Shown: positions 53,369 to 64,000 of the stretch, one piece after another
Numbering within the stretch: the first letter of the stretch is position 1
Layout: each line of letters opens with the position of its first letter
Assembly: GCA_001179505.1 (NCBI GenBank)
Contig: CDMY01000383.1
Coordinates: 26,816-90,815, forward strand
Direction of reading: 5' to 3'
Length of the DNA: 64,000 nucleotides
DNA from: Vitrella brassicaformis CCMP3155
Lineage: Eukaryota; Protista; Chromerida
Notes under the pieces: model-generated
The model's database searches: none
What the model was told of the DNA's origin: nothing
Seen by the model: only the letters and a program-made list of their open reading frames with translations
Translations under genes and position numbers: made by a program

Positions 53369-54714
53369 ATGTCAGCCAAGCTGGTCACCGGCCAAGGGCC
53401 CAGCGCCCGCACGATTGTATTTGATGATAAGGCCAAGGCGGAGCTGGGGACAGGCGGGACGGCACTCGTCCTCAAGGGCATTCTGCCGCGCGAGGACGGC
53501 AGTGGTGGTGATGCAGTAGCCTTCAAGATGGACGCCGACGACGACGAGTCCAAGGAGGACAGCGCCGGATGCGGCGAGGTGGTGGAGGAGGAGGGGGACA
53601 ACGGGTCGGAGGTGGGAAGCAGCAGTAGCAGCAGCAGCGGCAGTTCGTCAGAGGAGATGTCTGAGTCAGAGGGGAGGGGCAGGGGGGGCCGAGGGAGCAG
53701 ACGGCCACCAGTGCGGCCTGAGAAAGAACAGCAGCAGCCTCTGAGAGCGTTCCAGGGGAGGGAGGTGCCGGCCAGGGTGAGGGTGGTGACGGGGAGGGAA
53801 GGGCCGAGGAGGTCATCGGCGCAGCCATGGTGGCGAAGGTGCTGAGCATGGAGGCTGGTCGCATGCGCCAATTCGGCTGCCAGCCTCCATTCGCCAAGCT
53901 CTACGCCGCCGAGGTGGACCCGCAGAAGCCCGCCACCTACACCAACACGAGAGGGGATGCCATCCCGGCCCTGTCCATAGCCATGCCGATTTCTCTCTCG
54001 AGAAGAGTGAGCTTGCTTCCACACCCCAAACAGGTGCGCACATGAACGAGGTCCTCATTTCTCCTCGTCTTTCTGATTGATATGTAGCTGGTGCTGGTGA
54101 AGAGGACGAGTTTGTCGAGTTTGACGAGTTGAGCGATCTGACGGACACGGTGATGCAGTTCGACGATGCGGAGAGGGAGAAGGGCAACATCGGCCCGCAG
54201 GTACGAAGAAGGTGCTCAGGCGCGTCAGCATGCTCACCAAGGCCCTGTGCACCGCCAAAGTCCACAAACTCGCCATGCGCCGCGCACTCTGTGTCGACCA
54301 TTTCCACAACAACGTCATGCTCTCCAAGGCCGCCCTTCGGAGCCAAAACAGGCCCTGCAGCAGTCCGACTCGGTCGCCGGCACGCTGCTGTTGGACCTGG
54401 CCAACACCCTCACCCCCGAGACCCCTTCCCCTTCCCTCCCCGCCCTTGATGTACGGCAGCAGCATCCCCGCCGACCAGGTGCCGTACAAGTGGGGGCATG
54501 CCAAGGTGGTCAGCTACGGCGGTCCGGCCAAGGAGGGCTGGAACTACAACCCCACACTGACGAGTGGGAGTGGTGGACACGGCTGGGCGATGGCCTCTGG
54601 GAGGTCAGGGCGGCCAACCAGGACTTCTCCATGAGCTGCTGGGCCATCTATAGCGACGCTGTCGAGCTCGGCAAGGCGGCCTGGGCGAGCATGACATCCA
54701 TTTTTGCTGCTTGA
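53369..54714 (+). pseudogene. Frameshifted protein-kinase-like relic (divergent family)
   Basis: ELGTGGTALVLKG...AVAFK (Gly-loop and VAxK), then VDHFHNNVMLS (catalytic-loop-like) and TLLLDLAN (DFG-like). These pieces sit in different frames with at least 4-5 frame changes not explained by introns. It abuts an assembly gap, so low-quality sequence is an alternative explanation. Confidence 0.5.
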
Positions 54715-54724
54715 GGGGGGGGGG

Positions 54725-55024
54725 NNNNNNNNNNNNNNNNNNNNNNNNNNNNNNNNNNNNNNNNNNNNNNNNNNNNNNNNNNNNNNNNNNNNNNNNNNNN
54801 NNNNNNNNNNNNNNNNNNNNNNNNNNNNNNNNNNNNNNNNNNNNNNNNNNNNNNNNNNNNNNNNNNNNNNNNNNNNNNNNNNNNNNNNNNNNNNNNNNNN
54901 NNNNNNNNNNNNNNNNNNNNNNNNNNNNNNNNNNNNNNNNNNNNNNNNNNNNNNNNNNNNNNNNNNNNNNNNNNNNNNNNNNNNNNNNNNNNNNNNNNNN
55001 NNNNNNNNNNNNNNNNNNNNNNNN
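54725..55024. other. Assembly gap (300 N)
   Basis: Run of N directly visible, preceded by a poly-G tract. Confidence 1.
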
Positions 55025-55140
55025 CAGTGATGGGATGGTAGTGTGTGTGGGGACATGTACAGTACGTGTGGATGTGTTGTGTGGCTCTTTTTCGATTCAT
55101 GTGTGAGAGGAGAGCGTCATTCATACGATGGACGTGGGAG

Positions 55141-55709
55141 AGCGAAAGCTTCTTTAGCCAGTGGTTAGCCACATGATGCACGCACCCACTTATCCACATG
55201 TCGCTGGGGGTGAGTTGTGTCCGCCCGACGAGTGGGCCGTGAGTGACGTCCGTCGTGATGTGTGTGCGTTGGATTGGGTCCATCCGTGTGTGTGAGGGAA
55301 AGGGGTCTTTTTCGCAGACAGATGCCCACGCATTCATTTTTGATAGAGGGGAGAGCGTGGCTCTCTTTCGATTCATGTGTGAGGGGAGAGCGTGGCGCGA
55401 GAGAGGAGAGCGAGAGAGGAGAGCGAGAGAGGAGAGCGAGAGAGGAGAGCGAGAGAGGAGAGCGAGAGCTTCTTTAGCCAGTGGTTAGTCACATGATGCA
55501 CGCACCCACTTATCCACATGTCGCTGGGGGTGAGTTGTGTCCGCCCGACGAGTGGGCCGTGAGTGACGTCCGTCGTGATGTGTGTGCGTTGGATTGGGTC
55601 CATCCGTGTGTGTGAGGGAAAGGGGTCTTTTTCGCAGACAGATGCCCACGCATTCATTTTTGATAGAGGGGAGAGCGTGGCTCTTTTTCGATTCATGTGT
55701 GAGGGGAGA
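55141..55709. repeat. About 250-bp direct duplication (55141-55390 / 55461-55709, offset 320) separated by a (CGAGAGAGGAGAG)x5 minisatellite at 55398-55462
   Basis: Near-identical blocks starting AGCGA(A/G)AGCTTCTTTAGCCAGTGGTTAG and ending TTCGATTCATGTGTGAGGGGAGA. The 13-bp unit starts at 55398, 55411, 55424, 55437 and 55450. Confidence 0.95.
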
Positions 55710-58700
55710 ACCTGAATGACACATCATCAGATCAGAGGGCATGCACTGGTGTCGCCCGCCTCTGTGTGATTGGGTGCTGACCTGTCGATTTGAATGCTGC
55801 GCAGCTGATCTATGTCGGCCTGCAGCGCCCGGTTGCCCTCGGTGAGGCTGATCGATAGACAAACACGAAGGGAGAGAGGTATGCCGTATTGAGGTGCGTT
55901 GGCCTGTCGGTTACGCACCTGGCGATTTCCTGTGCCTGGGATGTGTTCTGCTGCGTCAGCGACGCCTCCCTCTCAGCAGCAGCCCTGATAGGGTGAAGAA
56001 CACACACGGACACACACACACACAGTTCCGTCCGATTCATTGCGGTGTTGGTGAGTGAGTGCTGTGTGGCTGACTGACCTCTTGTGTCTGTCAAAGTGAT
56101 GCTGCAAATGATCCATCTCGGCCTCCTTCTGCTGCCGGAGAGACCTCTCGCGATCGATATTACTGAAAGCACGGACACACAGACGGTGAGGCGCTGCGTA
56201 GGCCCTGTGTGTGTGGATACCTGGTGAGCCGCTGGTGCTGTTGGCTGAGCTGCTGACGGTGGGCCGCATTGGCTCGACGCAGATCGGCCTGGAGCCGCTC
56301 GTTGGCCGCCAGAGTCTCAGCGACGGTCTGCTCGCCCGCCACCTGGGCCTCACGCAAACTGCACACAAACACAAGAACACAGGGATGGACAGCTGCCAAC
56401 CTTACTGGATGCGCACAGCTGCACAGGTGATGCATGTGTACCGTTCGATCTCCCGACGGGCGGCGAGGGTCTCCTGCTGGAGAGCATGAAGCTGCTGCTG
56501 AAACTCACGCCTATAGTCCGACACCACAACCACAGTGGTGAGTCCCCCCTTCCTTCGTTCTTTTTCCTCTCACCTCGACACTTCGCTTTGCCGGTCTGTG
56601 CGCATCAACTCAGCCTCGAGCTCAGCAACCCTGACAAGACCAGACACACTATCACTGTGTGACCACACCCCGTCAATCGCCTCACCTGGCCCGCATCGCC
56701 TCGGCCTCCTCTCCACCACCCACACGACCGTCGTCAACGACCCTGGCGGCTCCTCCATCGGTCTGTCCAGCACCCTGGCCAGCCAGGCCATCGCCGCCAC
56801 CATTCCCACTCACACCATCAGGCGACAGCAGGTCGTCAGAGTCACACCCGATGTCGGGCAGCGGGGGCATGCAAGGAGCCATCGGAGGAAGAAGCGGCCC
56901 ACTGGCAGCGCTCATGGCAGCACAAGCACCAGCAGTGATAGCCAGGCCACAGAGGGGGCTACTCGACGGCTCGCTGTCCACGAGCTCGAGGCCACCATCC
57001 GCCTCTCCCTCTCCCTCCCGCACAGATGGGCTGCCGTCTGCCGCAATGGATGGCGCTGCTGCGGCGGATGAGAGAGGGCCACCCGATGCCGCAGGAGCGG
57101 CCGGGGGTCTCTTGGTCTTCGGTCGTTTTTTCTTCTTGGCCTTCTTGCCGCCCTCGCCACGCTGCTGCCCCCCACCTTCGCCCTGCCGCTGCTGGTCGTC
57201 ACTGTCGTCAGACACCTGCTCGCCGATGGACCGCAGAAGGTCCTTCTCGTTCCTGCGCGCCGCCGCCTCTTCAGCGGCCATCTTAGCACTGACGGCCTCG
57301 TTGGGCTCCTTGTCGGCTTGGCGCTTCATACGCCGCTCCTGCTTGGCCTTGAGTTTCTTTCTGCTCTCGAGCTTCTCACGCAGCTCCTCGCGCACGACGT
57401 CACAGCGACTCTTGGGCTGGTCCTCGGCGTCGCAACCGGACACCCCGTGCGACTCATTCAGCACGTCTGTCATGGCGTTCTGCAGCACCGCTGAACGACG
57501 AAGTCAAAGTAAAGGCGGTGTGCCATGCGTGTTCGTACGCGGTTGGTGGTGGCCAACCTACCGATCTCCTCGAGCAGCGTGAGTTTGGCCGCGGTGTTCT
57601 TTTTGATCTGCTCCGTGAGGCTGCAGATGTCCGTGATTTTGGCCATGGTGACCTGGCGGTCGATGCTGTCGATGCCCTTCTTGCCGGCCTTGGACAGAGC
57701 GGCCTTGTCCCTCTGCACCTGGGCCTCGAGGTCGTCGAGCTTGGTCTGCAGCGTCGCCAGCAGGTTCTCGATCACCTGCAGCCGCTTCTGCTTCTCAAAC
57801 AAAGCCTGAATCATAAGCGCACAGTAGTCGGCAACAGACGATCTGCAGCGTGTGATCTCGTGTACCGCTAGATGCACAGTCTCCTGCTCCTGGCCTATGG
57901 AGTCTTGCTGGTTCACCACCCTGACGGCCTCTAATCACAACACAACGAAGGAGATAACATGTGTGTGATCTTGCCATTTCCCCTTCTCAGCTCAATTACC
58001 AGTGAGGGCGGTGCGCGCTGCGTCGACATCCTCTTGAGTCATGTTCTTGATGAAAGGAGCGTCCTTGAGAGCCTCGAGCTGTCCGACACAGTTGCGATAC
58101 GTGGCCAGATCAGCCGTCGTCACAGAGAATGGGTCGTCGAAGCCAAAAATCGAATCAGGGCCGCGATTCCTGGGTGATAGGCTTTCGACATACAGCAGCA
58201 GCAATGAAGGCCCCTTTCTGGCGACTGTCTGCGCCCACACGAGAGGGCTAATTGGGTCATAGGACTGCACAAGGGCACGACACAGGCTCCGGCGGACTGG
58301 TGTAAACGGCCAAACGCCGGAATCCAGGGCTGACAGACAGCAGCAGACAGAGAGGAACACACACACAGAGGAGATGTGGGGAAAGGTGCTTCGGCTCCTT
58401 ACATGTGTCGATCACCGAACGCCGAAACTTGTATTGCTTGTTCAGATCCTCGATCACTTGAAGGTGCTTGTAAGGAAACGACACGCCAGATGTGCTGGTA
58501 TCGGCAAGAGGAACGTCTAAACGGGAGCCACAGGCAGAACATAACTGCACGGATATCCCCCCTGCCTCTTGCATATACTTGCTTCTGAGGTCCAGCAGGA
58601 ATGGTGGGCTGCTCCTGATCTCCTTCTGCTCGGCCCGCAGCCCCTCCTCCCTCTTCTCCCGTGCCGCCCTCCGTCGGTCCTCCTCAGCTGCGTCAGCCGC

Positions 58701-61700
58701 CGGCGGCAGGCGGGCGTCATCGGCCGCCCACTGACGCTCCTGGACCTCACGCGCGGCTCGGAGCTCACTCTCACACTCTTCGTGGGCCCTGGCGACGGCG
58801 CCATGCACCAATGACGCAAAGTTGCCACTCGACAGGAACTGCTGGCTGATGAGCTGGCCCAGCGGGACCCGTGCTGAGGTACAAACACATGGAGCAGATT
58901 CGTGTACGCGACGGTTGCTTGGTGGCTTTAGGTACATGAGAGATCGAGGTCCGATAGTGTGAGGTCCTTCAATGTGGATTGGAGGAAGGGCTCATTGGTC
59001 TTTGCGGTGGCAGGCAGATCCATTTGCCTGAAGGGACACACCGTCGGCCGCATGCACACTCGCACACAAATCGGTTCACGTGGCCTACTCGAGAGTGCGT
59101 CGATTGGGGTTGGTCTTCAGGCCAGCCGTCGCGGCGGACATGACTGTGTCCTCAACGACGGGCAGCGACAGCTCGCCAACCGAGCAGAAAGACAGAACGA
59201 GCCGCGTGCACGCGATGGTGCCGAAGAGGCGCTCCAGCACTCTCTGCGGACAAGAGAGATGCTAACAGAGGAGGGATATCAGCAAGGCTGTCTCAGTGTG
59301 GTTAGTGCTCTTTCAGACCTGCAGTTGGTCGTATCGATCGGCTTCGCTCTCAGTCTTGGTCAAGATCATATTGGACAGACTCAGAGTCTCGAAAGACCTA
59401 CCACACAGGCCCTGCAGGCGATACGGCATATACAAGTACAGCCCTGTCTGTCCCATGGATTCTCCTTCTTCTCGACGCCCCACCTTGAGCAAGCTTAGGT
59501 AGGAATTGAACGACGCAGCACATCCACAGACCGTCAGGCACCTGTACACACGCATCACACGGCCTCAGTGAATGCTCCGTTTCTGTTGTGCGCTCATACC
59601 TGAGTGTCGTGAAGGGCCTCTCTTTCTTGTCGTCCCTCGTGTCGGCCGTCTGCCCTGTCTCGGTCGTCCCCTCGCTGTCCTCCGTTGAGTCTGCCGGCAC
59701 GGCGGCCGACGATGTGCTGGCGGCGCGCGTGACGTCACGCGATGATGACGGTGGTGGGGAGACAGTCTCACTGCTGCTGTCGCCCTTGCCGTCTCCCTCT
59801 GGCCGGGCCTTGAGCAAGGCACTCAACCGATCGATGAAAGCAGGGCTCATATTGGCATTAAGCATGGATAGCTCGAGAAGAGAGGGCAGGCGGCCGATGG
59901 CATCGGCGAGTTGGGCGCACTCGTCATCAGGCACCTGAGTCAAATCCACACCTGCGGCACACACACCTTGACAGTCAGCGGCAAGTGCGCGTTCTTTTAT
60001 GGTCGCCTTACCCATCAGTTGAAGCGTCATGAGTCTGTCGGCCTTCTGGAGGAAGCCGATGAGGTCGCTGACGTCATCGGAGGTCGCTAAGCACTCCCAG
60101 TAGATCGACAAGTCCAACATCATGTCGGGTGAATACCTGACAGCAAGGATGAAGCCGTAAACATGAGTAAATTGCTGCCCGTCATCCCTTCCCACCAACA
60201 TACCTGGCCAATGCCGCCGCGAGCCGATTCTGTCTGCTCACTGCGATCGACGCCTGTGGCACATCCTAAATCACACAGACACACACAGGACCATAATAAA
60301 AGACTCCTACATGTCAGATGGATGTGGTCATGCTTACACATCGCGTAGACTGCTGCATGAGGCGATGAGCACGGGTATGAGGCGCTTAGTTGAGTCCAAT
60401 GACCCAAAGAGCCGGATGGAATGAAGGACTTGCTTGTCCGACAAACAACGCACCAGGCGATTCTGACAGAAAGAGAGAACACTCGTGAGGGGCCGTTCAT
60501 ATATAAACTCTCTCTCTGTACCCACCTACTCGTTCTGCCGTCGTACAGCCTCTCTCTGAGGGTCGTGCTGCGATGAGACCCACCGATCGATCGCCAGCTG
60601 CTCCAACGAACACACACACAGTGGCAAGCAGTGATCGATCGGTCTTTATGGTGCGGCAGACCTTGCGACGGCGAAACTTGGCGAAGAAGTCCGAAACCTG
60701 CAGCCGAGCACAGGTGTACAAGCTTGTGGGCCTGCGTGTTGTTGGCACTTCATTCACCTCCTGTATGACTCTGTTTTGTGACGCCGCCGTGGGGGGGACG
60801 GACAGGGCAGAGAGGTCCACCTGCACATGAAGGGCGTCACACACAGCAGCAGACACCAAGGGGACCGCGGATTCGGTCATCGTTGGCCCTCACTGACCTG
60901 CAGAACACATTCGACGATCGGGTTGTCTTTGCTCTTGCCGCTCGTCAGCTGCCGATCCCAATAACTGCACACATGGAGACAATTCACTCGAGGCGCTCAA
61001 GACACGAGTGGCGGACGCACCTGGCGAGGCTGTCCAGGACGCCCATCACGATGCTGACGGTGCTGCCATCGGGGGCGGCGGATGCGAGACGTGCAGTGTC
61101 TCGTGCCACAAACCCTGACAGCTGGGAGCACATGAGCTCAGCCAGGCCCTCACACGAAGCATACTGAAGACAAATGAAAACAGGAGTAGTGAGTCTCCAT
61201 ACAAAGATGTCGCATACATTGATGTGTTAGCTGACTGACCGTCTCTCTATCGATAAGTAGATTGATCAGATGCATGGATTTCGATACGATAGATCGTCCA
61301 TGGCCTGCATCGTTGGCCAATCTGCGGCTCTGCAGGATGCTCATAGCCGCCGAGAGGAAGCCTTGCTGTATAAGATGCTCACAGTAGCCCGATTCTGAGG
61401 AAACACAGACGCACACAAGACATCATTAAGCGGCATGGACCATGCACCATTACTCACCAGCCATTGCCACTGGCACGATCAGAAAGAGCAAGACCATGTA
61501 AGCCGTCCACTGAGCGGTGGCGCGGTCCTTCAGCAATGTGGCTATCTTGCCCAGGGCAGCGGGGCTCGCTGACACACTACGGCACATGGACGCCAGCGCA
61601 CCTGCATCCACACCCACCCACACACGCAGCGGTGGCGCGACGAATCGACGACCCGCACCTGCGTCAGAGGTGAGGAAGAACATGATGCCTATCAGCTTGT

Positions 61701-63204
61701 AAGCCCTGCACACAATCGCCAGATCACCGCTGGTGACCAGGGTCTCGACGAGAACGTCGATGTGGCAGAACATGTGCTGCTGAAACGCCCCAAGATCCTC
61801 AGCCGTCACTGAGCGATGCACACAACACACACAGATATATCCACAGCAAGATGACGGACACATTTGCCCGTTCACCGCATGATCACCTGCAATGCTCTTG
61901 CTGAGCAACACAGCGGCCTCCCAGACATGGTCTGGTAGTGTCCGCCTCCCCAACACTGTGTCCACCAAGACACCATGTAGCGGCAGCCGCTCCACATCAA
62001 AGGGATACCCAGCCTGACAAAGCCGTCTGAGGAAAGAGGCTGCCGCAGACTGATGTGATGGGTTGCTGCTGTCCTTGAAAAGGGCGACAATGCAGCCCGC
62101 GAGGCCCAAAGATCCCTGCTGTCGATGCGCCTTGTCCTTCTTGGCCAGCGAACCCACGAGTCCCTTGACCGCTGGGTCGTCATCCGGCAGCGAGGTCGTG
62201 AGTTTCTCCAGATGGCTCGCGAATGGGCCGATGTCACCGGCCAGCAGAGCATCAGCAGCGAGGGACATGATGGCAACAGCATCAGAGCCCGACGTCTGGC
62301 CCTGCCGCCCGTTGGCCGTGTGTTGCTGCTCGGGTGTGATGGAGGAGGGGGTGGATGGAGGGAACGGGCGAGAGGGACTCGCTGGTTGCCGATCTGCTGA
62401 TGCAGCTGCTGCGGCGACTGGCGATGGGTCGATAATGGAGTGAGTGGTGTGTTGGGCGGTCTGCTGCTGCTGGGTGCATGCGAAGATGTCGAACGCAGTG
62501 GAGGGCTGACGGCTACCGCCCTGACAATCACACCCACACATCACACACATATGCACACATGTGGGCATGCACCTCCCTCGTGTCTGTCTGTCTGTCTGTC
62601 TGTGCATGTGTGTGCGTGTCCGTACCGCTGTGGCGTCCACAGTGATGTCACCCCCTCCGGACCCACCGCTGTGCCTCACCCCTTCCATCAGCGCCGAGCC
62701 GCCTTCCTGCGGCTGCATAGGGACGCCGCCCACAGCCGATGGGTCGGCTGCTGGTGGAGGGGTGGCGGTGAGCTGCATGGACTGATCCCGCTGGGCGGAT
62801 GGCTGCTGCTGATTCTGGTGTGTGTCGACGCCGTCAGTGGGCATCGATGGGCGAAGGATGCCGTTGGGTGGCGAGCCCGCAGGGACCTCATCCAGCAACT
62901 GCCGAGAGTTAGCTTCGTTGCTGTGAGTCGCAGGGCTGCGCTCTGCAGGGGAAGATGCAGGTAGCGGGGCAGACGACGCACTATCAGCTGTGCGGTCACC
63001 AGGGCCGCTCCCGGACGAGTCATCGCCAGGCCTCCCACTCCCACCAGATCCCTCCTCTGCCGACGTGCCCTTCATAGGCACCTGTTGCTACTGCTGTGCC
63101 TGTGGTTGCTCCTGCTGGCTGGCATCTCCTCTGTTGTCGGGGCTGTTGCTGTCTGCCGTCGGGCTGCCGATAGGGAGCTCCTCGGAGTTGGCTTCCGTGG
63201 ACAT
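55693..63204 (-). CDS. Very large multi-exon hypothetical protein (low-complexity N-terminus, ARM/HEAT-like helices, LRR-like segments, C-terminal coiled coils); in-frame TAG at 63088-63090, alternative start at 63075
   Basis: Consecutive minus-strand exons join in frame at GT-AG boundaries from 63204 to about 55693. ARM-like HLIQQGFLSAAMSIL; LRR-like QLADAIGRLPSLLELSMLNANM and LKDLTLSDLDLSHV; coiled coils LQVIENLLATLQTKLDDLEAQ and RALQADIDQLRS. Could be more than one gene. Confidence 0.6.
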
Positions 63205-64000
63205 GAGCGCTCAGGCGGCTGTCTATCTGCATCAGTCAAAGCCAAAACAGACACCACATGGACACAAGAGGTGCATGATGAGCCATCGCCTCCCAGACCG
63301 ACGCACTCACTGTGAATCAATTGTCGTGGAGCAAAGCGGAAGACCTTTCTGACATCATGTCAGAAAGCAAGCACCGCCACCAAATAAGAGCCCAAACTCG
63401 CCATCTCTCGTGGCTCATTCATCGCACCGGAATGCGAGCTTTGTGCTGTGAAGCGAAATACAGCTTTTTGAGGAGCCTTTGTGGTTCAAAGTGGAGGCAA
63501 CCCCACCCACTGCGTGAAGCAGTCGGCAGGTGAATCAGTTGTGTGCTGTCACTTGTCGGCGGCCAACTGCATGTGTACAGCGAGGGCAGCCCATGCGTCC
63601 GCCACAGTGTGCGGATGCTGCTGCTCCGATAGACGTGGCAGGTTCATCCCACCACTGTGCGCCGATAGATGTTCACGTAACGTAAGTCAGCGACGACCGT
63701 TCCTATGTATGTACAGAGAGAGATCTGATAGAGAGGCAGGCACGGGCTACACAGACAGACAGACAGACAGACAGGCATGGAGGAAAGAGGCCACACAAGA
63801 CGACGTGCATGGTACTTGGGTGGATGCGGACACTGCAGCACTGAGTCATTCAATCAATGCCATTCTGCGTATTGAAGTATGTATGTACACACGCGTGGAT
63901 GCATCAACCACCCACACAAGGAGAAGGACACACGGGCATGCATAACACATGCAATGGAATGCGATGCAATGTCATGCGATGAATGAAGGGGGGGGGGGGG

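Noticed and set aside
63987-64000. Poly-G tracts here and at 54715-54724 as G-quadruplex or telomere-like signals
   Set aside because: Both sit at contig or window edges and are likely sequencing or assembly artefacts.

Overview
This is GC-rich, intron-dense eukaryotic DNA: short GT-AG introns full of (GT)n/(CA)n, (GATG)n and (GACA)n microsatellites. The gene content (full IFT172, APQ-type CDPK, plant-type vacuolar sorting receptor, SAC1, divergent actin) and the intron style suggest a flagellated alveolate, probably a chromerid such as Vitrella; that assignment is inference. I assembled about 18 mostly multi-exon genes by hand: SLC26/SulP transporter, IFT172, RING+2xCCCH protein, small 2-TM protein, SAC1, TAF10, VSR, Pro-rich protein, secreted coiled-coil protein, PH-domain protein, CDPK, Pol5/MYBBP1A, Rdx/SelW-like protein, 65-aa microprotein, actin-related protein, F-box-like multi-pass membrane protein, rhodanese, and a large ARM/LRR-like/coiled-coil protein. 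There is also a frameshifted kinase-like relic beside a 300-N gap. No rRNA, tRNA, CRISPR or autonomous transposon was found. Best leads: (1) an in-frame TAG inside an otherwise intact CDPK kinase subdomain XI, just before the Ca2+-regulatory half; (2) a second in-frame TAG-CAA in a poly-Gln leader; (3) a GCGAGCTHAG motif seen six times, in four of the eight head-to-head promoters; (4) a SelW-like fold with CxxU replaced by TxxM; (5) four GC-AG introns sharing G|GCA[AC]GC. CDS coordinates are start-to-stop spans that include introns; terminal exons of non-conserved genes are less certain.
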